From a virus: a stretch of 64,000 nt of DNA. The notes under the pieces were generated by a model, which worked only from the letters and a program-made list of their open reading frames with translations, made no database searches and was not told the DNA's origin. Of this stretch, positions 38,911-48,020 are shown piece after piece (position 1 is the stretch's first letter; each line of letters begins with the position of its first letter). The translations under genes and the position numbers were made by a program. The stretch is taken from positions 28,042 to 92,041 of the IMG/VR virus record IMGVR_UViG_3300016472_001104; one strand, given 5' to 3'.

Positions 38911-38991
38911 ATGAGCAATGGAGATAATATGCGCCCGGTGAGAGTGCCGAACCACTTTGTCGGTCTGCACGCCCACACCGGGCGCTCGTAG
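38911..38991 (+). other. Mini-ORF B: N-terminus of DnaE (PHP motif I), out of frame with the gene body
   Basis: My translation: MSNGDNMRPVRVPNHFVGLHAHTGRS*; AAGGA RBS; the body (AFDGMG...) resumes in the +1 frame. Confidence 0.75.
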
Positions 38992-38992
38992 C

Positions 38993-41959
38993 TTGGCTTT
39001 CGATGGAATGGGCGGTCCGAATCAACACATTGATTTTGTCATGAAGAACGGCATGGACGCCTGGTCTCTTACAGATCACGGTCATATGAACGGATTTGCA
39101 GAGGCATATCTGTATGCTGAGAAACTGAAAAAGTCGGGAAAGAAATTTAAGTTGATCCCTGGATGTGAAATGTACGTGCATCCCAGTCTTGATCAATGGC
39201 GTCGTGATAAGCTTCAAGCAGAAGAGCTTGCTAAGGATGCCAAGGCAGCCAAGATCGCTGCAAAGAAGGAAAAGGAAAAGATCAAAACAGAAATTGAAAG
39301 GAAGGGTGACGAGGACGATGAAACCGTAGCGATTGAGACAAGCAATGCCTTAACCATCGAGAACGAGGACGAAACAAAGTCTGGCAAGTCATTCAATCCA
39401 GTAAATCGACGGCATCACCTCGTTGTCCTTCCGAAGACATCAGGTGCCCTCTTAAAAATCTTTCGATTAGTTTCCAGGGGTTACCTCGAAGGATTTTATC
39501 GATTTCCCAGGATCGATCTCGAGATGCTTCGCGAGGTTGCCAAGGATGACGATATCATCATCTCATCTGCGTGCCTCGGTGGAATTTATTCTCACGAGGT
39601 CTTTTCTCAACTACGTCAGGTATCTTTTGACAAGATGGACGCGAGTCTTTTAGACGATCCTCGGTTAATGGATACAATCGTTAATGCTATCGGCAACTCA
39701 TTTGATCAATACTCAGATGCTGTCGGCCGCCATAACATGATGTTGGAGCTTCAGTTCAATAGGCTTCCTGCACAGGACGTTGTCAATCGTGCAATCATTG
39801 AATTTGCACGGCGAAATTCATTGACGGACCAACTAGTGGTCACCGCAGATTCACATTATGCAAACCCGGATCTGTGGTATCACCGTGAGATGTATAAGAA
39901 GCTTGGGTATCTAAACTTTAGCGAATATGGTCCAGATTCTCTTCCAAAATCAAAGGATGACGTCAAGGCTGAATTGTATCCCAAGAATGCAGAACAGGTC
40001 TGGGACGAATTTCAAGATGCAAAGAAACGTCAACCCTTTTATGGTGATTGTGAAGACTTGATTTTCAATGCAATCGAGAGGACACACGATATCGCACACC
40101 AAGTGATTGGTGATATTAGTTTGGATACCAATTATCGATATCCAAAAAACGTTGTTCCTAAAGGAAAGACTCCGTTTCAACGCCTATTAGAACTGTGTAA
40201 GGCGGGAATGGTTAAGCGTGGTCTTTCTGAAAATGATGAATACGTTTCTCGTCTTCGTCACGAGCTTGAGGTCATCAAGAAGCTCGACAACTCTGCGTAC
40301 TTTGTGACCCTGGCAAGAGCGTTAGAGCTAGCACGTGATGTGTGTCTTCTCGGTGTTGCCCGTGGATCTTCAGGTGGTTCACTTGTTGCTTACGTCCTGG
40401 ACATCACCGACCTGGATCCAATCAAATACGAGTGTCGCTTCGATCGTTTTATGAACGTGTACAGGCACGGGGCCCCCGATATAGACTGTGACGTCGGAGA
40501 TCGCGACAAGGTCCTTGATGTTCTACGCAAAGAGTTTGGATTCAACAACGTTGTTCCAATCTCCAATATGAATACCTTCAAGGTAAAGACGCTCGTGAAG
40601 GACATCTCAAAATTCTATGGAATTCCCTTTGAAGAGGTCAACAACGCAACAAAGACCGTGGAACAAGACGTCAGAAAAGCGACGATGAAGCATGGAGACG
40701 ATAAGAACCTCTTTGTCCTTACGTTTGATGATGCGTTGAAGTACTCTCCATCGTTTAAGGAATTCATTGATAAACATCCACAGGTTGCAGAGTCTATCAA
40801 CGTCTTGTTCAAGGAACAACGTTCCCTGGGGCGCCATGCAGGAGGAGTAGTAATTCTTGACGATGCTCCGAATCAGATGCCTCTCATCACAAACTCTGGT
40901 GATCCTCAGACACCATGGGTAGAGGGTGTCGGTCAGAAAACACTCGAGCCGCTCGGGTACATAAAATATGACATTTTGGGTCTTGAAACTATGCGTCTCA
41001 TTGGCAGAACGATAGAACTTATTCTTAAGAGAAAGGAAGGACTGAATGATCCGACTTTTTCAGACGTAAGGGAATGGTATGAGAAACATCTGCACCCAGA
41101 TGTAAATGATTATAACGATCAAAGGGTTTATGAATACGTTTATCACGATGGAAGATTTGCTGGTGTCTTTCAATTAACTTCAACAGGCGCACAAAAGTTG
41201 TTTAGGTCTGCTAAGCCTAGATCAATTGTTGACATTGCAGTGTTGACTTCGATCTATCGCCCGGGACCACTTGCCGCGAACGTTGATAAACTTTATCTCA
41301 AGGCCAGGAAAGGCGAGAAGTATGAATGGGGTCATCCCCTCTTTGAAAAGGTGTTGGGTCCCACAAATAATCTTCTCATATTTCAAGAAAGTGTGATGGA
41401 TCTAGCAGAACACGTTGGCGGATTTCCAAAGGATCAATGTGATAATGTCCGCCGCGCAATCATGAAGCGAGATCTTTCCAAAGGTGATGCAGCAAAGGCA
41501 GAAGCAAAACGACTTGAGGATGACTTTGTTAATGGTGCAGTAAAAAATGGTGTAGAGGAAGAGACCGCAAGAAAAGCATACCAGAATATCCTCTGGTTCG
41601 CAGGCTATGGTTTTAATAAAAGTTTGTACTTCCGGCAAACTATAGACATAGTTAGATCTGGAGAAAAGATCACGTGTCAGATCAACGAAGTGAAACCAGG
41701 AGATCTGGTGATGAGCAAGGACCAAACAACAGGGAAACAGACCCAAGTTTCCGTAAAGAAGCTGATCAACAATGGAAAAAAGCCACTCGTCAAGGTGACC
41801 TTGAAAGATGGTCGGACAGTGATCAGCAGTATGAATCACAGATTCAGGACGACAACGGGTCATGTTCTTTCTTTGGCGGAGATCATTCGGAAAGGTCTTT
41901 CCATCGAGACGTCAGACCAAATCCGGGATACTACTGTAACAGGTGTAAAAAGTGTATAA
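38993..41959 (+). CDS. dnaE: DNA polymerase III alpha subunit, N-terminal part, fused to split-intein N half
   Basis: LTDHG, PGCEMY, SACLGG, TADSHY, ARGSSGGSLVAY, PDIDCD, GRHAGG, KYDILGL, YRPGP, GYGFNK then intein; the track's 38957 start gives a non-homologous N-terminus, so the true start is uncertain. Confidence 0.9.
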   Translation: MAFDGMGGPNQHIDFVMKNGMDAWSLTDHGHMNGFAEAYLYAEKLKKSGKKFKLIPGCEMYVHPSLDQWRRDKLQAEELAKDAKAAKIAAKKEKEKIKTEIERKGDEDDETVAIETSNALTIENEDETKSGKSFNPVNRRHHLVVLPKTSGALLKIFRLVSRGYLEGFYRFPRIDLEMLREVAKDDDIIISSACLGGIYSHEVFSQLRQVSFDKMDASLLDDPRLMDTIVNAIGNSFDQYSDAVGRHNMMLELQFNRLPAQDVVNRAIIEFARRNSLTDQLVVTADSHYANPDLWYHREMYKKLGYLNFSEYGPDSLPKSKDDVKAELYPKNAEQVWDEFQDAKKRQPFYGDCEDLIFNAIERTHDIAHQVIGDISLDTNYRYPKNVVPKGKTPFQRLLELCKAGMVKRGLSENDEYVSRLRHELEVIKKLDNSAYFVTLARALELARDVCLLGVARGSSGGSLVAYVLDITDLDPIKYECRFDRFMNVYRHGAPDIDCDVGDRDKVLDVLRKEFGFNNVVPISNMNTFKVKTLVKDISKFYGIPFEEVNNATKTVEQDVRKATMKHGDDKNLFVLTFDDALKYSPSFKEFIDKHPQVAESINVLFKEQRSLGRHAGGVVILDDAPNQMPLITNSGDPQTPWVEGVGQKTLEPLGYIKYDILGLETMRLIGRTIELILKRKEGLNDPTFSDVREWYEKHLHPDVNDYNDQRVYEYVYHDGRFAGVFQLTSTGAQKLFRSAKPRSIVDIAVLTSIYRPGPLAANVDKLYLKARKGEKYEWGHPLFEKVLGPTNNLLIFQESVMDLAEHVGGFPKDQCDNVRRAIMKRDLSKGDAAKAEAKRLEDDFVNGAVKNGVEEETARKAYQNILWFAGYGFNKSLYFRQTIDIVRSGEKITCQINEVKPGDLVMSKDQTTGKQTQVSVKKLINNGKKPLVKVTLKDGRTVISSMNHRFRTTTGHVLSLAEIIRKGLSIETSDQIRDTTVTGVKSV
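41621..41956 (+). mobile_element. Split intein, N-terminal half (112 aa)
   Basis: After GFNK: SLYFRQTI...INEVKPGDLVMS...NGKKPLVKVTLKDGRTVISSMNHRF (blocks A and B) then stop. Confidence 0.85.
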
Positions 41960-42915
41960 AGTCTGCTGGTTATACAACTGAATACACCCATGAACAACAC
42001 ATTATAGATTGTTGGCCAGGAGGTGTAGAGGGAGTTGACTACGTGGAGTGTAGGCTGTGTAAGTTTGCGGCGTTAAAGATCACGCAACATGTGAGGACCA
42101 AGCATAACATCACAAAAGAAGAGTATGAAACTAATCATGGACCAGTCAAGTGCATTTCAACCGTGGAGGCTTATTCAAAGGTCAATAAATACAACGGAGA
42201 TTGGATCAATAGAAAGAAAGAACAAGGGATCGATCTGACTGATTATGCGAAGAAGATGGGTGTGGCTGTGAGTCGTTCAATCATGAGTAATCCAGACGAA
42301 CGCGCAAGAAGGGCAGCCAATATGATCTCCATGAACAAGACAGATGAAGCGAGACAAAAATCTTCAATCACTGCTAAAATAACGTCAGCTAGACCTGAGA
42401 TTATTGAAAAAAGAACGATGGTACTTAGAAAATGGAGAAATGAAAATTGGGAAACATTCTATGAAAAATGTATCAAAAAACTTAGTTTTTCTGAGTATAG
42501 AATGTCAAATCCTGAAATTTGTCTTAGAAACGTCCTTTCTCAGGTTGATGGATATAATTTTACATGGTCACAGTTGGTAAAAAGTGACACATTTGACAAC
42601 AAATCCAAAAGAAAACAAGTTGATTTTGGAGATAAGAAATTACGAGTCTATGTAGAGTTTGATGGTATTCATCATTTTAAATGTTTTAAAGTTCGTGAAG
42701 ACTTTGAAAAGGGTAGAAGAAATGACATCGCACTTGATGAACACGTAGAAAAACATGGTTGGACGTTGATCAGGATTTCATATGATCAGTATGATCCAAA
42801 ATGTGAATTATCATTTAAAAAAACATGTCTTCAACGTCTCCATCATATTCTACAAAATCCGACTCCCGGTGTCCATCGTATCGGTGATGCATATAATCAA
42901 GAGAAGCAAACATGA
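41674..42915 (+). CDS. Homing-endonuclease-like protein (C2H2 finger + Vsr/DUF559-like domain) between the intein halves; start uncertain
   Basis: YVECRLC...HVRTKH, SNPE, QVDF...VEFDGIHHF...GWTLIRISY; alternative GTG start at about 42043 with GGAG upstream. Confidence 0.75.
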   Translation: MSDQRSETRRSGDEQGPNNRETDPSFRKEADQQWKKATRQGDLERWSDSDQQYESQIQDDNGSCSFFGGDHSERSFHRDVRPNPGYYCNRCKKCIKSAGYTTEYTHEQHIIDCWPGGVEGVDYVECRLCKFAALKITQHVRTKHNITKEEYETNHGPVKCISTVEAYSKVNKYNGDWINRKKEQGIDLTDYAKKMGVAVSRSIMSNPDERARRAANMISMNKTDEARQKSSITAKITSARPEIIEKRTMVLRKWRNENWETFYEKCIKKLSFSEYRMSNPEICLRNVLSQVDGYNFTWSQLVKSDTFDNKSKRKQVDFGDKKLRVYVEFDGIHHFKCFKVREDFEKGRRNDIALDEHVEKHGWTLIRISYDQYDPKCELSFKKTCLQRLHHILQNPTPGVHRIGDAYNQEKQT

Positions 42916-43196
42916 GCGTTAATTTTATTGAGCGTGGTGAAGAGTTGATCGCATCGACGACGATGGATAGAGAGCGGATCGTCGATGCGATGCTCGATTG
43001 TTACCTTTCAGGAGAGGTAGATTACTCTCTACATCCAGACCGGTGGGTGAGAGACCTAAAAAAAATTGATCTTTCGGGGGATGAATCCACAAACATTGCC
43101 ACCGTGGAATACTTTGGCGATGAAGATACGTACGACCTTGAGGTGGAACATCCGGATCACCAGTTCTACCTTCCTAATGGGATTCTGACATCAAAT
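42912..43196 (+). mobile_element. Split intein, C-terminal half (95 aa)
   Basis: Blocks F and G ending TSN before Ser+1 of SHAIAY. Confidence 0.85.
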
Positions 43197-44132
43197 TCCC
43201 ATGCAATCGCATATGCGATTGATTCATATATGTGTGCATGGTTATTGACACATTATGAAGAGGAGTGGCTGTGCGCATATCTTGAGACAATGTCAAACAA
43301 TCCTGACGATAAAGCAAAGGCTTTCGGCGAGATCAAGGGAATGGGTTACCAGATCGTTCCAATCGACATAAATTATGCCACAAAGACATGGACAATCATT
43401 CCTGGAAAGAAATTTATGCCAAGCCTGTTGACGTGTAAGGGTCTTGGTGATGCAGCCATTGATGAAATCATGGAAAATAGGCCATATAAATCGATGGAAG
43501 AATTTTTGTGGAATTCTGATGGGTCATGGCGTCACTCCAAATTCAACAAGAAGGCCCTGGAGTCACTCATCAAGATTGAGGCATTTGATTCAATGGAAGT
43601 TGTCGGACCTGGTCGGTTGTTTGAAAATTATGGACAGATGCATTTTGTTCTCGTTGAAAGCAATGATCTAATCAAAAAATCGACAAAGAAGGAACCCACT
43701 CTGGGACAGAAAAACTTTCAGGAGTTAACTGAAAGATCGCGTGATATGCAACCATGGTCACGACAGGAACGAGTGCAAAATTTTGTTGAATACCTTGGAT
43801 CTGTTGATGTGACGATGATCGTAGAACCAGACGTCATGAAAAAGTTAGTTGACAAGGGTGTTAGGTCAATCGATACGCTTGAAAATGGTGAGAAGGACAT
43901 CAGTTGGTTCTGTGTCCAAGAAACGACAGCAAAGAGAACGAAGGCAGGAAAATCTTACCTACTCATTGGGGCATTAGGGATGGACGGAAAGACACATCGA
44001 CTCAGCGTATGGGGATGGAAGGATGATTCAAAAAAGATTTCACCATATTCTTTGTGCCTTGCAGAGATCGAAAAGAATGACTTTGGTTGCTCTACAACGT
44101 CATGGAAACTAAAAACGATTGGTGATGAATAA
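42912..44132 (+). CDS. dnaE: Split-intein C half fused to DnaE C-terminal part
   Basis: TYDLEVEHPDHQFYLPNGILTSN then SHAIAY, PIDINY, KGLG (HhH), NKKALESLIKIEAFDS and an OB-fold-like end; ATGA-coupled to the endonuclease. Confidence 0.9.
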   Translation: MSVNFIERGEELIASTTMDRERIVDAMLDCYLSGEVDYSLHPDRWVRDLKKIDLSGDESTNIATVEYFGDEDTYDLEVEHPDHQFYLPNGILTSNSHAIAYAIDSYMCAWLLTHYEEEWLCAYLETMSNNPDDKAKAFGEIKGMGYQIVPIDINYATKTWTIIPGKKFMPSLLTCKGLGDAAIDEIMENRPYKSMEEFLWNSDGSWRHSKFNKKALESLIKIEAFDSMEVVGPGRLFENYGQMHFVLVESNDLIKKSTKKEPTLGQKNFQELTERSRDMQPWSRQERVQNFVEYLGSVDVTMIVEPDVMKKLVDKGVRSIDTLENGEKDISWFCVQETTAKRTKAGKSYLLIGALGMDGKTHRLSVWGWKDDSKKISPYSLCLAEIEKNDFGCSTTSWKLKTIGDE

Positions 44133-44162
44133 AGACCATAACTGTTGATATAAGATAGGGGA

Positions 44163-44696
44163 ATGAAACCAATGGATCAACTTGTTCTCATGTTCGGTGG
44201 TCCCGACATGACAGGAAAAACAAACATTGCAAAGGAGCTTTCACTAAGGATGAATGTTCCCTATTTCAAATCCTCAGATGAAGGGCGTACGTTTCTTGAT
44301 AATCAAGATCGTTTTATCATGGATCTTAGGTATGCTGATCCACGAATGGCAGACTTCATCCTCCAAACAGGTCACAGTGTGATCTTTGACCGGGGTTATC
44401 CTTGTGAATGGGTTTATAGTCGATTTTTTAGTAGAAAAACTGACGAAGCTGCACTTCGGTACGTCGATGACGTTCATTCAAGGATAGGAACAAAGTTGAT
44501 TGTTACGTATCGTTCATCTTATGATAACATTGTCGATGATCTCAACCCAGAAATTGCAGGCTCGAAGCTCAAAGAAATTGAAGGTTTATATAGAGAATTT
44601 TCTACATGGACAAGGTGTAATTGTCACTTTGTTAATGTTGATTCTAGTGATCTAAATCAAGAAATTAGGGACATCAGGAATTTTTTAAATCGGTGA
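44163..44696 (+). CDS. Second dNMP kinase (thymidylate-kinase-like)
   Basis: GGPDMTGKT P-loop, IFDRGYPCEWVY. Confidence 0.8.
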   Translation: MKPMDQLVLMFGGPDMTGKTNIAKELSLRMNVPYFKSSDEGRTFLDNQDRFIMDLRYADPRMADFILQTGHSVIFDRGYPCEWVYSRFFSRKTDEAALRYVDDVHSRIGTKLIVTYRSSYDNIVDDLNPEIAGSKLKEIEGLYREFSTWTRCNCHFVNVDSSDLNQEIRDIRNFLNR

Positions 44697-44700
44697 AAAA

Positions 44701-45987
44701 ATGCGTTTATTGATTCAAACACAACTTTCAAATTACGATTCAAACGGCAAGTTCATCCTCGAGGCTGATTCTGGATGGCAGATGACGATGGGTCGTGTCA
44801 GGCAAATGTTAAAGATTCTACCTGATCTTAAGATTGATGTCATGGGACCCTTGTTAGATCAATTGATCACATCTCCGTATCACCTCAACAAGGACCTTTT
44901 TGAATCCTATGAAGACCGTTTGCGTTATGTACCTCATAGAATCATGCCAAATGCACTAGCGACAAGGTTTGATTTTGATTTTACTGGACTGTCTGATATC
45001 CTAAATCTAAGGGATCCAGAAACAAGGCCTGACGTTGTTTATTTGAATGATCCGATGCACCTCAGAAATTTTAAAGCGTTATTTGAAGTTAATGTGAAGC
45101 AACAACCGAAGTTTTTTGTTCATTCACACTTTATCGATAATCCTGAGTGTCCAAAGTTTCCTACCGATGCATCTCTATGGTTGGGACAATGTGAAGCGGC
45201 TCTTCGCGCAGACTATAACTTTTGGCAATGTGAATCATCAATGAATGTTTTCTTTGAATCTTTTTCAAAAACGTACAATGAGACATCACTGAACATCGTT
45301 AAGTCAAAGTCATCTCCTTGGGATGATGGATATTCATCAGAGGAAATCAATTCAAAAATCGATTTTTCCAACGTAAGATTCAACATTGATCATTTTAAAA
45401 ACATTACAAAAGATAAGATCGTAATTTTTGTTCCAAATAGGATAGGTGGACAAGGTAGGTCTAGCGATTACACAAATTGTGGTAAATTCATGTTTGAAAT
45501 ACTTCCAAAGCTTCGTGAAAAACGAAACGATTTTGTAGTGATAGCCGGAAATCCAAACCAAAAGTTTTCAAATGAAGAATTGACGTCCATGTGTGGACAC
45601 AACGGTTACGTATCTATCGTTCCAAACGCTTTGACACGGGATGAGTTTAAGCTTGTCGTCAAAAACAGCCATATTTCAGTGGGATTGTATGATCAAGACA
45701 GCTATGGAGGAACTGTCGCAAGGGAGTGTGTAGATCTTGGTTGTCTTCCGTTGTGGTTGGATAACTACGAGTATTCTACGATTGCTAGGGATGCAGGTTA
45801 TCGTTACCTAGCAAGACCAGATTTTTCAAACATAGTAGACGTTGCAAGTGGTTTGATTGATAGGGTGAAAGTCGACGGGGGATTGTGGAGAGGTATCATC
45901 GTTGATGAGCTTAGAAAAGTTGTTAGACAAAGGTGCTCATACGAAAAAACGACTCCTATTGCTTTAAAGTTGATGGGATTGGTGTAA
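44701..45987 (+). CDS. Putative glycosyltransferase (GT-B-like)
   Basis: PDVVYLND, HSHF, IVIFVPNRI, DSYGGTVARECVDLGCLP resembles the GT-B nucleotide-sugar-binding region; adjacent to NDP-sugar epimerases. Confidence 0.55.
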   Translation: MRLLIQTQLSNYDSNGKFILEADSGWQMTMGRVRQMLKILPDLKIDVMGPLLDQLITSPYHLNKDLFESYEDRLRYVPHRIMPNALATRFDFDFTGLSDILNLRDPETRPDVVYLNDPMHLRNFKALFEVNVKQQPKFFVHSHFIDNPECPKFPTDASLWLGQCEAALRADYNFWQCESSMNVFFESFSKTYNETSLNIVKSKSSPWDDGYSSEEINSKIDFSNVRFNIDHFKNITKDKIVIFVPNRIGGQGRSSDYTNCGKFMFEILPKLREKRNDFVVIAGNPNQKFSNEELTSMCGHNGYVSIVPNALTRDEFKLVVKNSHISVGLYDQDSYGGTVARECVDLGCLPLWLDNYEYSTIARDAGYRYLARPDFSNIVDVASGLIDRVKVDGGLWRGIIVDELRKVVRQRCSYEKTTPIALKLMGLV

Positions 45988-46032
45988 TTTTTACCAACAA
46001 GACGATAGATTAAAATACGCAAGGAACAAAGA

Positions 46033-47022
46033 ATGAAAATCTTAATTACGGGGGTTGCAGGTTTGCTTGGTGCAAACCTTTCACGACACCTTTTGCAGAA
46101 AGGACATTCAGTCGTTGGAATCGATGATCTTAGCGGTGGCTATGCAGAATTTATTCCAGAAAAGGTTACTTTTTATCATGAAAATGTTGCAAACTCATCT
46201 GTCGTTGAAAAGATTTTTTCTGATGAAAAACCTGATTGTGTGTATCACTTTGCTGCATATGCAGCAGAGGGTCTGAGTCCGTTTATCAGAAACTACAATT
46301 ACACAAACAACGTTATTGCATCTGCAAACGTAATTAATTCTTGCATTAATTCAGGCGTAAAAAAGGTTGTCTTTACTTCTTCGATGGCAGTATATGGAAC
46401 GGGTAATCCTCCGTTTACCGAGGATCAACTTCCTACGCCTGAAGATCCATATGGAATTGCAAAGTACGCAGTTGAAATGGATTTGAAATTAGCACATGAA
46501 ATGTTCGGATTACGTTACAGCATTGTCAGACCACATAATGTCGTAGGTGTATACCAAAACATTTGGGATAGGTACAGAAACGTAATTGGAATTTGGATAA
46601 GGCAAGCACTTGCTGGACAACCATTAACAATTTATGGTGACGGAACACAGGTTAGGGCTTTTTCAGATATTAAATTTTACTTAGAACCTTTTGAAAAGTT
46701 GCTTTCAACCAACGATGGTCATACTTTTAATATTGGTGCCGATAAGTATTGCACCATAAATGAAGCAGCTGATACTGTAATTTCTGTTGCTAAACGTTTT
46801 GGCGTTAATGCAACGAAAGTGCACTTAGAAAAAAGAAATGAAGTTCACACGGCATATTGTGATCACTCAAAAGCAAGAAGATTGCTTGGGTTTGAAGATA
46901 ACACGAATCTAACACAGACCGTTGAATCAATGTTTACATGGGCAATGTCTGAACCCGTAAGGGAAACGAAGACAATGACATATGAAATTCAAAAAAACCT
47001 ATATTCATACTGGAAGAAGTAA
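46033..47022 (+). CDS. NAD-dependent NDP-sugar epimerase/dehydratase
   Basis: GVAGLLG, TSSMAVYG, YGIAK, GDGTQVRAF. Confidence 0.9.
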   Translation: MKILITGVAGLLGANLSRHLLQKGHSVVGIDDLSGGYAEFIPEKVTFYHENVANSSVVEKIFSDEKPDCVYHFAAYAAEGLSPFIRNYNYTNNVIASANVINSCINSGVKKVVFTSSMAVYGTGNPPFTEDQLPTPEDPYGIAKYAVEMDLKLAHEMFGLRYSIVRPHNVVGVYQNIWDRYRNVIGIWIRQALAGQPLTIYGDGTQVRAFSDIKFYLEPFEKLLSTNDGHTFNIGADKYCTINEAADTVISVAKRFGVNATKVHLEKRNEVHTAYCDHSKARRLLGFEDNTNLTQTVESMFTWAMSEPVRETKTMTYEIQKNLYSYWKK

Positions 47023-47027
47023 TAAAC

Positions 47028-47795
47028 ATGATTAGTTTTCCTGAAAAAATTAGCGATAGAGAAAAATACCTTTTAGATCAGGTGACGCAAGGGAATTTTG
47101 AAGCTACTTGGGTAAACCTTGAATTTGAATTAAGTGGAAAAAAAGTTGTTCTTCGCGTCACTCCTGATGCAATTAAGGTATCGGGAATCAGGATTAACGT
47201 TTCTGCAACGCTTCAACAACAGCTTGCAGATGTTTTTGATGCATCTCTTTTGACAGCCCAAGTTGCTGACCTTATGTTTTTAAATGCATCACACAGACTT
47301 GAACCGTCTCCTCAGCCAATTTCATCTTCGGTATTGTCGATGGTCAGTCACAATGAAAGGATTAACAAACTTTTAGGAACTTATAACGGTGGTATCGTTT
47401 CACCCGTTGGTAAGCACTGGATCTTGGACAAGAAACTAGAATATTCAAAAGATCGTGCCTGTAATTACGGTTGGCACTTTGTTGGCATGTCATTCAAGGG
47501 AATCAAGGGTGTGCCTTGCGCATCGGCATATCGTAAGACAAGTGATGGAAAATCAATTAGTGTTATTCAACCAAATGCAACTGCGCATGATGCAAAGCAC
47601 ACTGATTATTCTCAAATTTGCCAGCTTGTTTCACAACAATGTTGGGTTGATGGTGTTGAATATAGGTTCTCTGATCTCTTGGCTGATCCTACGCTGTGTG
47701 CAGTTGTGAATCATAATGGTGTGTTAAAGAACGTTAGGCAACCTGGTGTTCAACAGATTTCTACGCAAAAGATTGTTTTACAATCTATTTCTTGA
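47028..47795 (+). CDS. Hypothetical protein
   Basis: 255 aa; YGWH...IQP...HD...DYSQ pattern, function not assignable. Confidence 0.7.
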   Translation: MISFPEKISDREKYLLDQVTQGNFEATWVNLEFELSGKKVVLRVTPDAIKVSGIRINVSATLQQQLADVFDASLLTAQVADLMFLNASHRLEPSPQPISSSVLSMVSHNERINKLLGTYNGGIVSPVGKHWILDKKLEYSKDRACNYGWHFVGMSFKGIKGVPCASAYRKTSDGKSISVIQPNATAHDAKHTDYSQICQLVSQQCWVDGVEYRFSDLLADPTLCAVVNHNGVLKNVRQPGVQQISTQKIVLQSIS

Positions 47796-47807
47796 AGGAA
47801 AACAATC

Positions 47808-48020
47808 ATGACATACGAATATTCTTGTAAGTGTTGTGGACACGCTTTTGAAACAGTCCAATCGATAAAGGACGATCCTTTAACTGAATGCCCAAAGTGT
47901 CGAGTCAGTGCACTTGAAAGGTTGATTTCAGGTGGTTCAGGATTTACACTTAAGGGTGGAGGTTGGTACAAGGATTTGTACTCATCGCCAAAAAACACAG
48001 GAAATAGCTCAGGAGACTGA
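47808..48020 (+). CDS. FmdB-family zinc-ribbon protein
   Basis: YEYSCKCCGHAFE...CPKC...RLISGGSGFTLKGGGWY. Confidence 0.85.
   Translation: MTYEYSCKCCGHAFETVQSIKDDPLTECPKCRVSALERLISGGSGFTLKGGGWYKDLYSSPKNTGNSSGD

Noticed and set aside
38957-38992. ORF-track start of DnaE (MSVCTPTPGARS)
   Set aside because: This N-terminus lacks PHP motif I, which is encoded in the neighbouring frame from ATG 38911
37891-38995. Group I intron joining copy A to the dnaE body
   Set aside because: The non-coding flanks are too short and show no recognisable P3-P7 core, and the joins I tried lose the conserved Ser or its spacing; not strictly excluded without RT-PCR
38989-39033. TAG reassignment or read-through as the explanation of the dnaE break
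   Set aside because: Read-through stays in the wrong frame and meets TGA at 39031; TAG ends other genes normally (27239, 36704, 59346) and long genes have no in-frame TAG
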